A stretch of 39,825 bases of DNA from Phoronis australis. Its lineage: Eukaryota > Animalia > Phoronida. The stretch covers positions 1,298,064-1,337,888 of the forward strand of contig NMRA01000032.1 in NCBI GenBank assembly GCA_002633005.1. Direction: 5' to 3'. The notes under the pieces were generated by a model that worked only from the letters and a program-made list of their open reading frames with translations, did no database searches and was not told the origin of the DNA. This document shows positions 35,081 to 39,825 of the stretch, piece by piece. Each line of letters begins with the position of its first letter. Positions within the stretch are counted from its first letter, which is position 1. A program made the position numbers and the translations under genes.

Positions 35081-35293
35081 ATTAAAATTTCACCACTATC
35101 GGATAAAAATTAAGGCCTTCCAACATTGGTGTGAATGCCCATGTTTTTTCAAAACATTTTCTGACCGTAGCTATGGTACACAGACTTGGACATGGTAACG
35201 CATTAATTTCATGCTATACATCATACGAAAAAATGAGAAAACAAAATTTCACTTGTGCGCCATATTGTGTCCTGCACTGGAGACATTTCACCG
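35081..35293 (+). mobile_element. MITE family A, copy 3 (internal deletion)
   Basis: TAAAATTTCACCA..GTGAATGCCCA..AAAATTTCACTTGTGCGCCATATT..GGAGACATTTCACCG. Confidence 0.65.
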
Positions 35294-36338
35294 TGTGACA
35301 ACATTAAGATTATCACGCTAACTCCTGAAGTCACCTGCCTCCATTTCACATAATTAGCAGTAAAGCACTCTCAGGTACCTGTATGTACATACCAGATAAA
35401 TAAATAAACTTAAAATTACGAGATATACATTTTTCACGCATTGCTCTTTTTCATGATGTTGGGATCAGCTATTTTAGCCTTGGCTTGCCACCTGGTAAGA
35501 AGTTTTTTCGGGGGCTTGAAAATGGTCCCTCATGTTCTGTCACAACCTCCCCCCACACCCAATTCCCCTCATTTGATCTCACCGTCAACATTGACTGCTT
35601 GAACTACGTCGGGATATGAAGCAAATGGAACAGGGTAACCACTGGTTACTAACCAGACCAGGAAACTGAAAGGACAGAGTTGGGGATATCAACAGTGGTG
35701 CTGATGGTTTTCAAATGCATTGTGGAAAGGATGGAGGTTTCTAGAGCTTGCAGTCACCAACGGACTTTCATTCCACTACAATACAACTAATTTATTTTTC
35801 TTACAGCACAGTTTTGAGAAGCCATGTTCTGCTACTCAGACAGGCACGCTTTAGTTGAATGGTCCCAATGTGGGTGAGTTCGGTATTGGTAGTGCAGTTT
35901 AAATTTTCAGGTCGAAAAAATCACATAGTTTGTCCTAAGTGAGTATGACAATAAAAGCCTGCCAATAATGTATCCTATTTAATTCGCCATTTAAGTGCAT
36001 ATAATCATTATATTTTCTCATCGATTGTGATTCATTAGTTAGTGTGACCAGTTGTGGCAACCATGTCTCATATTTTTAAACCTAATGAGACATTGCCTCC
36101 TTTTAGTATTATCCCAGAGACATCACTGGTGATACGTGGGTCACGGTCGACGCATTGTCTGTGTTGCGGTGCAGAGAATCCCTCGGCGTGCAAAAAGTAC
36201 GTTTTCTTTGTAGGATCGAAATTCTCATTTTTATAAGAGTGGCTTATAAGCAGGCGACGTCTGCCAATTAACAGATGATTTGTGGCGAGTACAAGTTAGT
36301 CGGACGAGCCAATATGGCGTACGAGTCCTGAAAAGCAG

Positions 36339-36380
36339 ACTAACAACTAGGCAACCTACACTAACAACTAGGCAACCTAC
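36339..36380. repeat. Tandem duplication, 2 x 21 bp ACTAACAACTAGGCAACCTAC
   Basis: Two identical adjacent copies abutting MITE copy 4. Confidence 0.85.
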
Positions 36381-36633
36381 AGTAACATCTTATCACTTTT
36401 GGGCACAATGTGGTGCATAGGTGAAATTTTATTTTCTCACTTTTTCATAAAGTAAAACGATATATGCAGTATTGGAATGACGATTTACCATATCTAAGTT
36501 CTGTTAACCCACTACTACCAACAGAAAATATTTTGAAACTTTGTGTGCATTCACAATAATGTTAAAAGCTCTTGAAAAATGAAAAAACTGAAATTGTGGT
36601 ATATTTTTCCTAGAAATTGGTGAAATTTTACCG
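36380..36633 (-). mobile_element. MITE family A, copy 4 (inverted, TA on both flanks; Tc1/mariner-type)
   Basis: TA|CAGTAACATCTTATCA ... TGGTGAAATTTTACCG|TA; its reverse complement is collinear with copies 1-3. Confidence 0.7.
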
Positions 36634-39172
36634 TAACTTTGGGTTGGTCAACTTGGTCTTCAGACAGGACAGGACTTTTGACTTTTGAGGCCCACCGTAC
36701 GACCGTAGGTATATCCCTACCTATAGGCTTCACACAGATCAATCCAATCTCTGTACATTATTTGAGCAAACAAGCTATGGAGATGATTTCGTTAAGATAC
36801 CATTCAGCAAATTTGTGAGTTGCATGGCCCCAAATGCTCTGACACTTGGGTAACCAAGGAGTAGCATGAACTAAAAGATTAAATTACCAAACTGTTGTTT
36901 TTGAAGTGACGTGTTTAATAAACAATCGAAAGATACTGACATGAGAACAGGTTTTCCCCTGCAAGCAAGATCAGAATGTCTGAATTCACTTTTAGTCTCC
37001 TTGAAGCAAGCATTAATATTACACATTTACAACTACATAAGGTAAACAATGTAGGCATGGAGGTAAAAAACTGTTGAGACAGAGGGAGGGAGCAGAATGG
37101 GGGGGAGGGGCATTCAAATGGGGTGCAATTACATTTATGAAATGGAACAAGAAAGGCTGGTAACTGAACATTATATTAAAGGCCCTTAAGTCAAATGTCT
37201 AAACTTGGCTTAATATGAAACATTACATCACGGAAAAAGCACATCAGACAAAACATTCAGAGACTGAGCTTTCTGCACCTTATCCCAAATGCAGTCAAGA
37301 ATTGTTTTTGAAATGTTACACTTTTGCTTGAGAGGCTATCAAAAATAGGTCTCTGATGATTTTTGTCAAAAAAAACTCCAGCTGCATAAAACAAAAAAGA
37401 ATTAATAATTTAAAAAATTGTAACAACGTTTTTGAGGCTTCATCTTGAACATTTAATTCAAACAAAAATTAGTCGAATCAAAACCTACAATCCATGTATT
37501 TTCGGGCAACACACAATTTTGTAGACATTTAGCTTATGCTCGCACTAAGATCATACATAACCATAAACATGTTGTTCCTTGCATCAAATCAGGAGAGGCG
37601 AACAAAGGCTAATCTGTAAAACAGTATAGACAAGTCACTGATCTAAGCTACAGGATTCTGCAATGGCATTGGTTAGCGTAAAACATTCTAAACTAAGTGA
37701 AAACACAGATAAGGCCGAATCAGTGGTTTGCTGTTCATTGAAAAACGCTGTGACAATCACAAAAAAAATCCTTGTATTCGGTAGCAAAAATGGTTTTCAT
37801 TCACAAGCACTTGTAGGCCTGAAAGCAACGAACCGGGCACTCAATTTTACAGACAATTTCTCTATGCATCTCTCTACCAGTAAAAGCAAGACTATAAAAT
37901 ACTTGGCAGTGAAGAAGACTTAGTGAACAACAGATTTCTTCAACGAGTTCTCTGACTTCTCATATGTAAAAACCAAAAGGAACAATAACAAACCTGATTT
38001 AGAGAATATTGCCTAAACCAATCTTCAGGTAAGTCATCCAGCAGTTACGATTAGTACGCATACCTCAGTGAAGGCCAAAATTCACAGCAAAAAACAGGTA
38101 TGAATATCTTTAGTAATGAGGCAATGAAACCACCATGAAATGTTTACACAAAATAATTCATTAGGTTATGAGTTTGCATATTAATTCCAAGAAGCACTGC
38201 CAATTCCAGTTTTCCATAATCCATACGAGGGGTTCATAGGGATGTTCGGTCAACTCGGCCTAACATTGTTTCAGGTTATTTGATTTGCGACATCGTCTAC
38301 AATTGATACCAATGATGGCCATGTAGATGTAGGGTTTTTCTTCACTTGGCATTACCTCGGCTTGGTACCCAAAAGGAAACTTTCTACTCACAACTGCATA
38401 TGCAGCGTTACAAAAGCACAAGTGTGCCATTTGCTTTGACCTAGATTCTAATTTGGATGCATGAGATGGGATCAATCGTAATTTCTGTCATTCACTCAGA
38501 CATTTGCAGCCGACGTTAGCGTTAATGTGTGACTCGCTTGCATATACCACCACAAAACACTGGCAATTTGACACCCTCCCTCCCCCAACACTAAAAAGAC
38601 CTTTGCTTTGCACTAGTCTGACTTCTTGTGAATAAAGTGAGACATGAATCACTGGAAATCAGAGATCCAGTCCAAGCCTAGACATCAAACCAATGCCCGT
38701 ATGTGTTTTTTGATAAATAGCCGACATTCCATAAGTTATGACTGTCTGACCCTTCTTGTGGCTACTGCCACCACCGTTGCTGAGGTAAGTCACAGTATTT
38801 TACCAAGAAATGGTAAATACCTTTTCATTACTAATATGAAGGAAATTCTCCGATGATTTACAATTAGGCAATTTGGAAATGGTAGAAGCAGGCTGATATT
38901 CTCCTCTAAATTCTTGCCGGAATGCTTGTGTTGATAGACATGTTATCACTACAGCACCTGCACTGCCTGTGTTGACAGGGATTTAACAACCATAAAATTA
39001 AATAAAATCTGATATCCACAAGAATCATGCTGTGTCATGAACATTAGCTGGGAATCACCTGGTGACCTAGATTCCAAACTTTCCTTCCTGCACCTTGGAG
39101 AATAGACAGCTAGACACTAGGTTGGCATTTTGGTGTTTATGCCACTCAGACATGCTGATTTGTATTAGAATG

Positions 39173-39198
39173 ACACACACACAAACACACACACAGAG
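39173..39198. repeat. Short interrupted (CA)n microsatellite
   Basis: ACACACACACAAACACACACACAGAG. Confidence 0.7.
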
Positions 39199-39825
39199 AG
39201 TCAGAGGACATGGTTCTCTATTTGCTCCACTTTTGAAACTTGATTGCTCAAAATTACCTTGTTAGGCAATAACATCTTCAGATAACAAGTACTTGAACAC
39301 AAGAGTTATCCCCAACACTAATCAATCAAAGTGGATTTACCTGCCTGGTTGTACAAAGCAGGTACAGAGCAATTTCACAAACACAATTGATGCCAATCAC
39401 GGCTAAATGAAGAAAGAAAAATGACAATACTACGACATATCTAACTTTGAAGAACCAAGAAATGCAACCAGAAATGCAACAACAGTAACTAAATTCAATG
39501 CAATAGACAAGCTTATTCCCCTGGAAGTACGAGTCAATTAACGCCATTTTATTCCTAGTGAAATGGTAAAATTTGGTAATGTGCCAGCAATGACAAGTTG
39601 TGACTTAAGTGACACTAATACACGAGGAGTGTGGGCTCGTTAGCACGAGCCATCAGAAACGATATTAGCTAAGCATGATCTACACGGGCAGGCAGCCACG
39701 GCATTCAAACATTACTTTCAATTAACGTCGCTCATTCCAATCTCGTAATAGCATAGGGAGGGAAAATTATGACAAAGTGACAGGATTTCTATTGATTGTC
39801 TATACGAAAAAGATCGATGGCAATC

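Noticed and set aside
20640-39300. The many 60-115 aa ORFs in the upstream half
   Set aside because: Lengths and compositions are typical of random ORFs in AT-rich intron; no domains or consistent splice chain
39326-39547. Hydrophobic minus-strand ORF as the missing signal-peptide exon
   Set aside because: Its donor (CAG|GTAAAT) is phase 0 whereas the Ig1 exon needs phase 1; the hydrophobicity reflects U-rich intron; the 62-nt AG..GT segment is not frame-preserving

Overview
Eukaryotic (animal, probably invertebrate bilaterian) genomic DNA, not prokaryotic. The window holds most of one minus-strand DCC/neogenin/frazzled-family netrin receptor gene. I traced 18 exons by hand between 20206 and 916, all with GT..AG introns and matching phases (3597 nt, 1199 codons). 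They encode Ig1-Ig4, FN3-1 to FN3-6, a juxtamembrane segment, a TM helix and the cytoplasmic P1 motif (PPDLWIHHEQIEMK). The signal-peptide exon was not found, so 20207-39825 is probably part of a >19 kb first intron; P2/P3 exons should lie left of base 1. Features the ORF track does not annotate as such: a candidate 12-nt microexon in FN3-6 adding an N-glycosylation sequon; a 36-nt cytoplasmic cassette exon; in-frame alternative acceptors in the Ig4-FN1 linker; a 1685-bp Kolobok-like deletion derivative (perfect 15-bp TIRs, TTAA-type target, decayed THAP plus a convergent KolX-like start); a four-copy TA-flanked MITE; a Harbinger-like MITE; a YCAY-containing 20-bp minisatellite at the FN4-FN5 acceptor; and two candidate recursive splice sites. 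All splice-variant calls are sequence-based predictions that need RNA-seq.
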